The position numbers and the translations under genes were made by a program. The notes below the pieces were generated by a model. The model saw nothing but the letters and a program-made list of their open reading frames with translations, did no database searches and was not told the DNA's origin. 64,000 nucleotides of DNA from Ascidiella aspersa (lineage: Eukaryota): NCBI GenBank assembly GCA_963924565.1, contig OZ004609.1, forward strand, positions 32,364,001 to 32,428,000, in the 5' to 3' direction. This document shows positions 48,903 to 61,538 of this stretch, piece after piece (position 1 is the stretch's first letter; the number at the start of each line of letters is the position of its first letter).

Positions 48903-51900
48903 ATGCCTCCCGAAAGAGTTTGTTTGACTATTCCTGATTGTAGTGCAACCAAGGCTAGAAAAAAACTAGCCTGCGGTGAGGTTTGAACTCACGAACTCTG
49001 GTCTTACTGGAACAGTCGCTCTAGCGACAAGCAACGCAGGCTTTGCCAAAGCTGGTCAAGAAACTATCATACCAAATAACAATGTTTAGGTTGCTGAATA
49101 CAGGAGGTTGATACCCTTAAAATGAGGTTGTGTGTATGAGCACGATGCAGCGGGCCGGGGCTGCATAGTCGGTTAAAAAACAACCCAAATCCGATACCCT
49201 AGTCCGACTCCTGAGTCCGATTCCGGTTGAAAAAATAAACTGTCCCATTCCCAAATCACGAAACCAACACCGATCAATTTGTTGATTTCATCAAATCTCG
49301 GGTCCGGCTTCGACTCTATAGCCTATAATAATTAACGACAAAAAGGTGGGCATGGGCAGCAAAAAGGGTTGTAATTGAAGTCATCCATTCTGTTTTATTG
49401 TCGTCAATTAAGTGCCTTGTGCCAGTTGTCTTTCGAATATTGAAAAACGTCCAGTAGGTTTATCTTTGGATATCAGTGACGCATCTCACTTTAAAACTTA
49501 AGGAATGCGCATATTTGGCAATCTGCTAGAGCCTGTGGGTTTGTTCACCTTTACAAAAGGTCGTATGAGTTGTCAAATTAGCAAATGAATCAACTTTTGT
49601 TGAGCGAACTGAATGAATGGATATTTACGTCATTTACGGTGCAACAAGGAAAGAACTCTGTAACCTGCCTTTAACAAAGAGCTTAGAGTTCGATCAATGT
49701 CAGTTTATCGCAGGCGGTTTGTTGGTGTAAGGCAGAAGTTTTCAATCTGTACTTCGCGAACTGGTGCGTGGTTTTGATTGCATTTCGTATCTAAACTCAA
49801 CTGCGGTAAAATAACACTTGCAAATATTAGTAAATTACCTATTAAACCACTGCTGGAAAAAAAACACTGATGTAAGGGGTTGAGTGTGACAGGTTGTGCA
49901 TAGATTCGTTTTGAACTCTGATATATTATATAGTTTTTGATATCTATTACAATATACATTAGAGATACTTAGTAAGAATATCAAACCCCACAAAGAATTT
50001 AGTACATCATTTGGAACGTTTCGAATAAAGAGTTATGCGAAACTTTCAAAATAATACCTGGCCATTTGTGTATGGGTTTTGATATTCTTACCAGGACATC
50101 AACCCTTCTTTTAATAGCTGTGCATAAGCTTTAACATGTGCGAGTAAATATGGCTAAAGCACCCGACGTACAAGGCGAGGTCCTTCATAATGTTCAAGAA
50201 ATTAAATTGGTGAGATTTTGTGTTGAACTTAAAATAACAAAAAAAAATGTTTCGTGACAACTTATCCTTTTTATGGTTTTCAGAACGACGCAACTGTTAT
50301 CGCTGGTGGAGAATTTCACGTGCACATACATAACGAGGGCAAAGTTGTTGGTGAAGATGACGTCACTGCATTAGGTAAGATTATTTTCGTTGCTTGATAG
50401 TTTTGAATCGTAATCTGATAGAACATCAATGATCATTACTTGTTTGCTATTTAGATCGCTCATAAACATCGGGCAGTTTTATTATTTAGGCCAGTGGTTC
50501 TTAACCTTTGGCAACCTGTCGAACCCCTATGTCATTCTGCAAGCTTTTGTCGAACCCGAAAGTCGAAACCCTTTCGCTTAATATTCGTTTTATTCTCCTA
50601 GCAACTTAAACTGGGCACAATCAAATTATAAACTTGCATTTACATAGGTTAATTTGGCCGAACTTTCAATTTGTAACGTGACATGGCATATTGGCACATA
50701 AAAGAGATTCGAATTTTCTAGATTATTTTGCTGTTACTGATCAGGAATTAAGTTCGACATTTATCTTGCAAGGGTCAAGGTGATTTCTATTATTCACATA
50801 TTCAGTGCAACATTCGTAATGAATAGTGCGTATTTAGGTCTAAAATGCTTGCCTGTTTGCCTATTGGTAATATAAAAACCCTTTCCAAAAATTACAAAAA
50901 GTTTCGCGGCACACTTGACAATCTCTCGAGGCACACTAGTGTGCCGCGGCACACTGTTTGAGAATCGCTGATTTAAAGTATACCAAAGAGTCTACAAAAG
51001 GGGGTTTGCGATGTAACTATAACAACTCTTCAGTTAATGTGTTTAAACTAATGCAACTGTACAGCACTTTTTCAACCTAATCAAAGCTATTTTAATTGAT
51101 TCTCAGATGCAATGTTGCGAGCGAACCAGAGAGTGGTGGCCAACATCAAAGTCAAATCTCAAGAAACAGTCTTAGTTAAACTTTTGGTTGTTCACAGGAA
51201 GGATGTCAAACTAGAAGATTTGCACGAATTGTTAGTCTCTAATTACAATGAGAAAAATGCTACCTTTCTTGATGTTCATCAATTGCGTCCGGCTGCAAAC
51301 GGAAATGCCATTAAAGAAGCCAAATCTAAATTTAGCAACCAGACAGCGAAAGATAATTACATTGCAAAACATGGTCTCTTTATAGCCATCACCGGAGGAG
51401 CTGGCTATGGCAAAACCACCTTAGGGATACAAATTCTGCAACATGCGAGTGAAACTCTGCCTGAATCTGGTTACCTTTTCCACGAAAACCTGCCATCATT
51501 GGACAACAGCAAAGATATGAGCGTTCTCGAGTTTCTGATAAAGCTCTCCTACCCAAACTGGCAATATTATTTGGAAACAGATAGTAAAATTCTGGAAAAA
51601 ATCTCAAAATGCAATACCGTGTGTATAATCTTCGATGGATTGGACGAAACGGGTTTTAATCTCTCAATGAAAGCGCCAGTTATAGGTTTGTACGACAGAG
51701 CAAAGCCAGAAGTAATTTTCCAAAACCTTGTCCGAGGCGACATTTTGCCAAATGCGTTCAAGTATCTAATTACGCGGCCGGAAGCATATTTACAGTTGAA
51801 CCCAGATTGCAAGTCGCACTTCCCACTTGAGGTAATTGGTCTGAGCGAAAATTCACAAGATTTGCTTTTCAAAGAAATTTGCCAAAGTCAAAAGAAATAC

Positions 51901-54900
51901 AAAAAGGTAAAAGAGGTTCTAAATCAAAATCCAGCCGCCAAGGCGTTATGCTGCATTCCACTATTTGCCAAAGCAATTCCGAAATACATTTTAAGGCACG
52001 GGTTAAAGGATTGTGCTTTTACTACTACTGATGTGTTTACATCTTTTTTGAATGACTACATCCGTTCAGCTCATTTCAAAAATCACCCAAGTGTCCTTCG
52101 CAAGCTCTCTGAATTAGCTTTATACGGAATGCTTAATAAGAAATTCACATTTGAAGCACAAGATGTTGCCAATGCTGGACTTGAAACAGAAGGTTTGAAA
52201 GATTTTCTCAAAGTTCAAGTTCAGTCCAGTGATATCAGCCTTAAATGTCTAGAAGGGGACAAGCTAATATTATTCAATCACCGACTACTATACGAGTTTT
52301 TCACTGCACTTAAGATTATGTTTGACACCCCTTTGAAGCGGTTTTCAGCGCTACTGGAAAACTTCAAAAGTGACAAGTGGGAAATGGTTCTTCAATTTAT
52401 ATTGGGTCTGCTCAATCCGGAACTCCATGGCAAGCTAAAGGCGCTGTTTCCAATCTTTCTAGCTGATATTGCTGACAAAAGAGGCTTGCTCAAGGAACTG
52501 ATTGTGTCGATGGCTAAAGATTTTTCCTTAACTTCTGTAAAGGATCTTCCAGTTCCACTAGTGTCACTATTTAGGCTCGGCGTCGAAGATGTTGCAAAAT
52601 GGCAAGAGTTTCAGGCTCGTCCTAGAGACAACAGGTTGTTTAAACTGTGCAGTCTCACCTACGAATCCATGGACTCTGAGCTTACTAGAGCAGTGGTCGA
52701 AGTTTTGCCAGACATGGTTTTGCTCTCCCGCACGATTCTTCCCGGCCACGTGGCAAGTCTCTGTCACGTGCTTCGCTCCACCGACAAACCAATCACCATC
52801 AACGTTGGAGCTTACGGGGAACAAGCAAAGTTCATCGGGGATGGACTAAACATGTTGATCAAGACCGTGGCTGAAACACCACACACGGTTTGTTCTTAAT
52901 CTAATAATGAGCTTGGATTTATTACTAAACAAACCGCATTTAACGCTATTTGGATTAATTACCAAACAAACACTGTTTTTAATGCCGGTATACCAAAAAA
53001 AATCGCGCTCGCTTCGCTCGCCAGGTGTGCCTTAGCTTAAAAGGTTAACAAACACCGAGATGCATTAACTTCAAATGTTATCGCGTTCCCTCAAAGTAGT
53101 TTTATTACACTTTTCATCAGAAGTATGGAAGACGACATGTGAACTCGAACTTTAAACCAACCAAACGCTTTGCGCCAACACTCTACTGCCTCCTTAAATG
53201 TAATTAAACATGTTTTTAAGTGCAAAAATGATCCGAGGCCCGGATGATTCACACTTTTTCTAACATGAAAACATCACAATTCTTAATTATCATTTTGTGC
53301 GGCCCGCAGAGATCTTTCTTAGTTTGGTTTTGGCCCGCGACTAGAAAAAGGTTGCCGACCCCTGGTTTAACATGATAAATGAAAAGCATTCCACTTCTAC
53401 ATAGCTTTGGGACAACATGTCACATAATTGTTTAGCTCTCATTTTGCTACATTTAAGATCCGCAAGTTCCACGTAGATGAGGCCACCATCAGCATTGCAA
53501 CGTTAGCACCACTTATTCCACAAATGGAAGAATTAGCGATCTTGGACAGCAGCCTTTCTGTTGAGGACATCAAACTTATCTCAAAAAGCCTGCGAAGGAA
53601 AACACGACCGGTAAAATATAATTTATATTAGAACTTATGTCGAGTTTCAAACGAAAGTAACTGCATAGGATTTATCTATGAGTATTGCGTACTCTATATG
53701 ATTTATCGCTTTTATCATTTGCTTAACTACCATGATTGTAGCACCAAGGTTATGTAAGTGTGTTGTTCTTGTAGCTAGTGCGTAATTTGGTTCCGCAATG
53801 TTACGTTTTCAGTTTTGGGGACCTCTCTACATACAAAGTTTATAGTGCGTTAGTTTTAGTTGCTACATCCTCAATACTTTTAAATTATTTGGTTTACTTA
53901 AAGATTTTAGTATGGTACCAACTAGGGATGTCCGATAATATCGGATCGGAGCCGATACCGAAAGAATGTGGCGATGTTTATCTTAAAAGACAAATTTATC
54001 AAAATTACTAGGTTAACTACTTAAATTAACTTGTTAACGCTAAAAGCCAGTTTTCGCATAATACTTTTAAACGTTTTAATCTTAACTATTTAGCTTACAT
54101 GAGCAATGAGCATAGTAGTGACATCACTTAGTATTGGATCGGGTTGCATTTATTTATTAAAATATCGGATTAAAATGTCAAGCATCGAAACATCCACAAT
54201 ACTTACTGTCACGTCAGTTATGTATTTTTCCTATTACGACACAACATATACAGTCATCCTGTCTAACCAACCTTTCATCTATAGCAGCGGTTCCAAAACT
54301 GGGTTCCGCGGACCAAATGGGGTCCGTACAGCAGTTTCAGAGGGTCCGCAAGGAGAATTAGTCTTTAAGTTTTTCAATATTATAGGCTTTTTTAAAAATT
54401 TTAATCTATGTTTTAAAAAATATCTGTCATCATTATTGTCTTTGGTTATACATTATTATTCGTTCATATAGCTTGTTTTATGATGACATCACAAAGCATC
54501 TATTATGCTATATTACCTGCTATCAGCGAATCGTTCGCATTCGTTAAAAAGTTGTTACATTAGAAAGAATCGTGACTGGACTAGTGTTACTACAAGAAAC
54601 ATGGGTCAACTGACCCTTGAATTTTTATAGGGCCGCGAAATATCAAAATAATTGCAACGGGTCACCAGGCAAATTTTTTAGAAAAGTTTGGGAACCGCTG
54701 ATCTATAGTACTTGATTTTTGTATGTAGATTGAGTTTCTTGACTTGAGCTTTAACGATCTGAATGAAGCTGGTGTAAAGCTGCTATCCAGGTGCATCCCC
54801 TACATTAAGAGGCTTGAGCTCATGCAATGCGGAATCACATCCGACAATCTCTTGGTGTTGACGAGCAGCATCGAGCAACGACAAAGTCCCGTAAGTTTCA

Positions 54901-57900
54901 ATAAAGCGTTATAGTTTATCCAAGTACGCCCGACTAAATATTGGATCTTAGCCGATATCGTGTGATATTATTGACACTATAATTTACCATAAGGCAAATA
55001 TTTGAAGGATTGGATTAATTGTGAGTCTCATTAATGTCTTTGCCGGATGAATTAACCTAACTTCTCCAAGGTAGCGATAGATTGTAGAAAATTGTTCATT
55101 CCGTTGTTGTCCGACTCAGATAAAATATATCCTCTCATTTTCGTTGGCTTAAAGTGAGCCAGCAAGCGGTCTGTAACCGTTCTGTTTATTGACTGACCAC
55201 TCAAGTTTGCTGCTGAGCTAAAAGGCATTTTTATTTGATTTAGAAATGCATAAAGAAGGCAACACGTGATATACGTAATCAATTTCTAAATAATTGTAAC
55301 TTATTACGTATAGCAAATCACATGTCAAAGGACATTGCTATAAGTCATTTTTCTCGACTTTGTCTTATACGCGGAAATATAATTTCTGTCCAAATACGGT
55401 TTCAACAAAAGCCCTGACTTCATATAAACAATAAACAATACAACGGATACTGGCCAACACCTATATCTGATACTAAAAATATCGATGTGTTTACTGAATG
55501 GCGATTTAAACCATGTGGTTAGCAATAAACGGATATGCGTAAGAACTCGCACACCTTCTCGCTAGGCGGAAATTTGTGTCAGAAAAGGTATTTTGCATTA
55601 TTCTTGCTAGGTTGTCAATGGGCATTTTTTAGAAATTTTCCATTGCGACATTTTAACAGTGTTGAAAAACGAATTCTTTGTGAAAATAACAATTTGACGC
55701 TACATATTCAACCAACCAAAATTTTGGTGATCGTTAACGCAATGCTGGTTTCAAACTCTTGGTAATTTCTGTTGGCCAAAGCTCCTTGTGTTTGTGCAGA
55801 TGGACTCGTTGGACCTAAGTAAAAACAAGATCGGGTCACGTGGTGTATGTTGCCTGGCAACAAGTGCGCACAAAGTAAACAACCTGATGTTGGGAGATTG
55901 TGGAATCAAGGAAGTTGGAGCACTGACTGAAGCGATCTCACGCAGGGAGGATCCGGTAAGTGACCTCATCTAAACTCGATCGTGGCTTCCGATGAGGGTC
56001 CACGGATTCACCCTGGATGGGTGGTAGCAGGTGGTCATACCAGATTGGAAAGTTTGGCCTGCGTGGTATTTAGCATAAACTATATTACAGCCACGCGAAT
56101 TTTAACATAGACTATACAGTCGAGCAGATATGAGCATGAAATATATTACAGCCGCGCTAATTTTAAGCTGTTTAAACATCTCCCCCACGCAATTAAGTCT
56201 CCTATATCTGTTGGTCCGATAAGCATATTTAATAAAATTTAAACGCGCAAACATAATGTCATCTAGGTGACTAGAACTAAATTCTATGCTATTTTCTGAG
56301 AAACTCACGTACAACCGACAGGTTAAATTCTTTTTTCACATTGTTGCGGACAGCGGGGTGGTTGCTATGTTGTGTCGCCACACATTGTGGTTCAACGACT
56401 CAGTGTGTCCTCATGCCCCGCCACCCCTGGTTCGCTTGTGCTTTGGTTATTAGTTACTAATCACTGTGGTTTATCGTAATGCGATAAATCACATTTTTAG
56501 CCTTGACCAGATAAAATTTCACGTAAGGCAAATAAGTAAACCCAGCACTTGGAGCCTAAAGCGAAATATAGACATTAACAAAACTGTCATTTCGATTACA
56601 TTAAAAACATTTCGAATATCAAATCCAATGAAGCTTAATAATTTAGGGCTTATGGCGAAGATATATTTCACGCATAAACAGCACTAGAAATAAAAATCTT
56701 TTCGTATATTGCAATCACGTATGTTTTACTGTTTTAAATTCCTTTTGAGAATGATGGTTGCTATTGTTGTTCCGTGTTCAAGTTTATTTCTGATAGCTTA
56801 ACCTCCTTGTTTTTAAACAGATGGATTTGTTGGATCTGGATAAAAACAAGATAGGATCACGTGGTGCTCATTTCCTGGCAACAAGTGTGAACAATTTGAA
56901 CAAGCTGTGGTTGAGAGATTGTGGAATCGATGAAATTGGAACACTGACTGAAGCAATCGCACGCCGGGAGCATCCAGTAATTAAATTACCTGACCTAAAC
57001 TCGGTTTAATGGTTTGGCATAAATTTTTCCCACATTGATTGTAAACGTAATTTGTGGTAAAATTCACCCCACATATTGTTGTCCAAATATATGCAGCCTA
57101 TTGTTTATTGCGCAAAGCTAGGAATTGCGCTAAAAGCTGCCCAGAAGAATTTCCATTAAGCAAACTTTGCCCTAACGACCTGGCAAAAATACCTCTAGGA
57201 GAATATGTACGAGTCGATTGTTTAGTGTTGTTTAGTTCAGTGCTTCTTAAACTTTTTTAGTTTTGTTCACCCCTATCATCTATCTCCAGATTTCATTCAC
57301 CCTTGTCTCATGATATGATAAAACTATCTTGTCTATATATACCAGCACAAAATGAACACCCGGAATATCCGCCCTGCTCGCAAGCTATCATCCATTTCTG
57401 ACGGTTCACCTTTATTCACCCCTTTTGGTTGGTTCACCCCCGCTAATATTTATTCACCCTGGGGTGAACCATTCACCTGATTAAGAAACACTGGTTGAGT
57501 TGACCTCAGTGATAACTTATTTTGATATCGGATCAAAGTCGAACAAGGCCGGATCCGGGATTCTGTATTTTAAATTGGGTATTAGATGAACCATCATTTG
57601 TTGTACCAATATTAGGTTAAGTTTTTATAGTAATTATTTTCGCCCGAAAACGGCAGTTGGTTAGTCGATCGTAAGCTTCGGTTGGCGCGAAAATCCTCCT
57701 ATCTCGGTCAATATTACTTCCCTCATCTAGCGTTTGTTTTGGTCAACAACAATCACGAGTATAGGAAAGTTCGTTGTATAACCTCTTGTTGCAATTGTTG
57801 TCAGATGGAATATCTAAGTATCCGTAACAATCCTCTCGGCGACCGCGGGGCCAGTGCGTTGGCAAAATGTCGGGGAAAGATTGGAAGGTTAGGTAGCGAA

Positions 57901-59085
57901 AACTGCAACTTCACGTCAGCTGGGGAGCACGAACTTGAATCGGCAGAGCAGTTTAACAGAGTAAGAACTTATTTCAACTATTGCACCTAAAACCATCGCA
58001 GACTCACCGACATTGAAGGGGTCTATAGTTCTATCATTATACAATACATACACAAACGTGAACAACAAGTGTGATCTAGCCCAGTGGTTCTCGAAGTTTT
58101 TTTCAAATTTCTTCCTTAAAAGCCCAAATACTTTTAATTCTTCCACCCAAAAAACGCAAGGTACCGGTACTCTACCTTTTTTATTTGTTACTTTGGTGTA
58201 TTTTCGATGTGCTAATCGTCTGAAATGTTGGTTTGTTTCAATGTATAACGTAGGTATTGATGAATTACCCATGTAAAATTCCTGCATTGGTTTTTATTTC
58301 CTTAATGGCTGTAGGCCTAATTGTGAAGAAACAATGGACTAATAGGTAACTGTGAACAAACAACTTTTTCCTCCCCAATTCCTCCCTGGAAAAAATTTCC
58401 TTCCAAAATTTAAAAATTCCTCCCTAAGGGAGCCAAGTGGCTCACTTTGAGAACCACAGATCTAACCCTTCTGAAGTCGCTTTTTGACCAACTATACTGG
58501 CTTATATATCATAGCGCACTGAAAGCAATGCCAGACTAACCGTATCCGTGGATAAATGATGTAAGTAAGCAGGGCTAGAAAAAACTAGCCTGCAGTGAGG
58601 TTCGAACTCACGACCTCCGACTTATTTCAACTAGTCGGGTTTGACGAGGCACATTGGTTATATAGTTGGGCAAACTAACAGGTTTTTTGTTTTGGGGTGC
58701 CATGAAAGGCATTTCGAGATGACGCCACAAAGTTACATGACAGCGTTACGTCAAAACGTTGCTTTACAAAGACGTTATTGAGTATATCGTTTGAATTGTG
58801 AAAACTTTTATTTTCGAGGGTCCTATAAAACGCACGACGCCTTTGGATTAACAATTTCAACAAAACGGACTAAGACATACCAGAAATATAATTCAGATTC
58901 GAGCGAAATGCGAAAAGTTTTTGCATTTGCTAGGTTAAAATGGGAAAAAATAATATTTGCTGGATGATTCAATATTTTACTGACTAAGTATATAAGTAAA
59001 CTAAATTCTGGCTCGTGTTATCAACATACATCATGTTTTTTACCAGGAAAATCGACCAATCAAGAAACGAGTAAACGTCACGTGA
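48903..59085 (+). CDS. NACHT-LRR (NLR) innate immune receptor, ~902 aa, no death-fold N-terminal domain
   Basis: Exons 48903-48917 (tentative), 50284-50374, 51107-52887 (NACHT), 53458-53610, 54729-54890, 55800-55955, 56821-56976, 57805-57960 (phase-0 LRR exons), 59047-59085 (tentative terminal exon; AATAAA at ~59283). Walker A GGAGYGKTT, Walker B CIIFDGLDE, sensor ITRP, CIPLF, winged-helix FNHRLLYEFFTA; RI-type LRRs LDLSxNxLxxxG. Confidence 0.88.
48951..49041 (-). mobile_element. tRNA-derived SINE copy in NLR intron 1
   Basis: GGCTAGAAAAAAACTAGCCTGCGGTGAGGTTTGAACTCACGA...GTCGCTCTA...GCAGGCT. Confidence 0.75.
49970..50092. repeat. Inverted-repeat hairpin element with a degenerate hammerhead-like loop
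   Basis: GTAAGAATATCAAACCCA...TGGGTTTTGATATTCTTAC arms enclose AACGTTTCG-AATAAGAGTTATGCG-AAAC. Confidence 0.45.
50492..50970. mobile_element. hAT-type MITE, possibly composite
   Basis: CAGTGGTTCTTAACC at the left end; GGCACACTAGTGTGCCGCGGCACACTGTTTGAGAATCGCTG at the right end. Confidence 0.6.
52980..53364. mobile_element. Partial inverted copy of the 40207-40904 hAT element
   Basis: Reverse-complement similarity, ending CTAGAAAAAGGTTGCCGACCCCTG. Confidence 0.8.
54285..54700. mobile_element. hAT-type MITE
   Basis: TIR CAGCGGTTCCAAAACT...AGTTTGGGAACCGCTG; perfect 8-bp TSD ATCTATAG. Confidence 0.88.
57238..57493. mobile_element. hAT-type MITE with TTCACC(C) subterminal repeats
   Basis: TIR CAGTGCTTCTTAA...TTAAGAAACACTG; TSD GTT(T/G)AGTT. 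Confidence 0.8.
58082..58459. mobile_element. hAT-type MITE
   Basis: TIR CAGTGGTTCTCGAAGT...ACTTTGAGAACCACAG; TSD ATCTA(G/A)CC. Confidence 0.8.
58567..58620 (-). mobile_element. 5'-truncated tRNA-derived SINE copy
   Basis: AAGCAGGGCTAGAAAAAACTAGCCTGCAGTGAGGTTCGAACTCACGACCTCCG. Confidence 0.75.
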
Positions 59086-61538
59086 TGTGGCAACGAACGA
59101 TATATTTTAACACAAAGTTTGGAAGATGTGTCGCTTTTTTAATCCAGTTGTAAGATATTTTATATTTATCAAAAAAAATATTTTATAATGTTTTCACTGT
59201 TTGATTGTTTATTGCAATTAGTTTGTGACGCCTTTCTAAGGTTTCCTACTACAGCCATTAGTTTGTAGAAACTAACAAAAAAAATAAATAAATAAAAGTA
59301 TTATGCACCCTACCAGTAACGATTAGGTTTATTAAAAAGTGTAAAATTGTTATCTCTAAGTCCGAATTGATTTAGTTTTCCTCGAGAATCCCACAAAAAT
59401 CCAGTCACCCAAAAATCTTGCTGTTCGTCTGGGGCACTTTGAGGGTTAAACCACTGCAGCAGCTATTTCTCTTGGTTAGTTTATATTTTGCTAAATTCCT
59501 TTGAACGACTTTCTTTGATTGGATGTTAAACGAACGGACCTAAACTTGTGTGCTTTCATTTGCTTTTATTTGAATGAATTTAATCGTGCTTATTATTTAA
59601 TTTGAAGTTGTGTACCTATATTTTGTCGTCCTTTAACAAAATTAATATTTAAAAAAAAATCTAATTTAAAGTTGTCCTTTATATCGCGATTTTCTGGTTG
59701 TTCGAAGCTTTTTATTACGTAGTTTAAGTTGTCAAAATAAATAATTTGGGGCCTTGGTCTTATGTCCCATGCTGGACCCGCCTTGATTGCTAGGATTTTA
59801 AGTCATAATGCCAAGCCTATGACATTGTGTTATAGTGTGGTGAGTTGCGTGTCGTGGTGTCATTGGCTTTTTCTAACCCTTTTAAAGCAGAGGCCAACTT
59901 GGGCATCGTTCCGCAAGTTTACACGAGGTAGATATTCCGTGTGTATATGATTTTATTGAATGGACCTAAGTTTATGAGTAACAAGTGGAGTAAAACTTAC
60001 ACCTAATTGCTCTGGTCAGCCAAACACGTACTTTATAGTTATTCGGAAGTATAGTTGCTTTCAGCAGTAAGTCAACCAACAATAGAACGAACAGATTAGT
60101 ATAGTTTATGGAATGGACAAGTATTTTGAGTTACTATAGTTCTTGATTAAGTGCCTGACTTTTATTTATTTTTAGCCAACTCTATGTATAACTATTGAAC
60201 GATTGCTGTAAAACTCAAAAAGATATAAACGTCTATTTTACTAGTGTTAGAATATTATAAGAATTAACATTAACAAAAACACTTTTGTCAAAGCTCTAAT
60301 GTCATAAAGTTTGGTTATAAAGCTTGGTTTAAAATAATAGCCACCAATACGTAAACGGCTCTATACCAGGGGTGCTTAAACTGGGGTCCATGAAGTTCTA
60401 ACTGAAATATTAGTGTATATTTCAAAAAGTAATCAATTTTTTAAAGACAACAGTTTTGATAAAAAATAAAACGCCTTTGCACTGAATGTATTTAGACTTC
60501 CGTTCACTTTAACATTTTTGACCGAAATCAGCAGGTTTATGAAGTCTATTTGTACTGTGACGTAAATATATGAAGTCATTTTTGAAAGTTTTTTGCCTAC
60601 CGTGGTCCACGCGATCTCTGGAAATTTGGTTCACAAATTATACAAACTCCAAAAATCTGGACACAAAGTCTGCCTGAGACATACAAAACCATAAAAGAAA
60701 ACATATATCCCCCGAAAATATTTTTTCGACATATACAATGACAATAAAAACAAGATGTCGCTCCCCCAAAATATTGTCGGTCCATATAACTATTGCCACG
60801 TAAACTAAACTTCACCGAGTTAAACAAATAGTTTGACATTATTCAGTAAACATTGGTATCAAACAAAATAAAAACCAAACATTTATATATTTTTTATAAA
60901 CATGACAGTCCTAACCTAATATCGACAATGCGCTAAACACAAAATTCGTATTTTTATAATAATTGAGAATGGATCAACGGCAGTGTGGAGCCTTTTATAT
61001 GTGTAGCTATTCTCATTACGGGCCTACTGTTAGCTGGTTCGATTTATTTCTACAACAGCTTGAGGAAAAACGAAATATAATCCACGGGTTGTACAAGAGA
61101 AAGTAAATATAAAATAATAAACGAACTGTGTGTGTTACTTTTTAGATGTAAATCTACGATATCATCTCTATATCAACGTTTCCCACAAAACAGACATTAA
61201 TAATATGTTAATAATAAGTATTTTTCAACCACAATTTATTTATTCAATTCATTAAAATTCACAGAGAAATGTCAGCAGTAAGCAGTTTTGCGAATTGCAT
61301 TTATTTAAAGGTTTACAATGTTTCACCTTGATATATACATATTATGCTCATTGGATTTGATTTAACTTTGGAACTCTTTTTATTGACGAGTTTGCCTGCT
61401 GGAGGAAAAAGGTGAGGCTGTTGTGTAGCAGCCAAGCAGAGTCGAGCGCGAACTTTACTCTGACAAAAAGAACCCGATGTTTCGCTTGGTGAATATGTTT
61501 GGCGCTCGCTCGAAAATTGGATGTTTTGTTCGCTCCTT

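Noticed and set aside
58638-58678. TTGACGAGGCAC...GGGCAAAC hammerhead-like relic (related sequence at ~48217)
   Set aside because: Too degenerate to call; only a shared repeat fragment can be supported.
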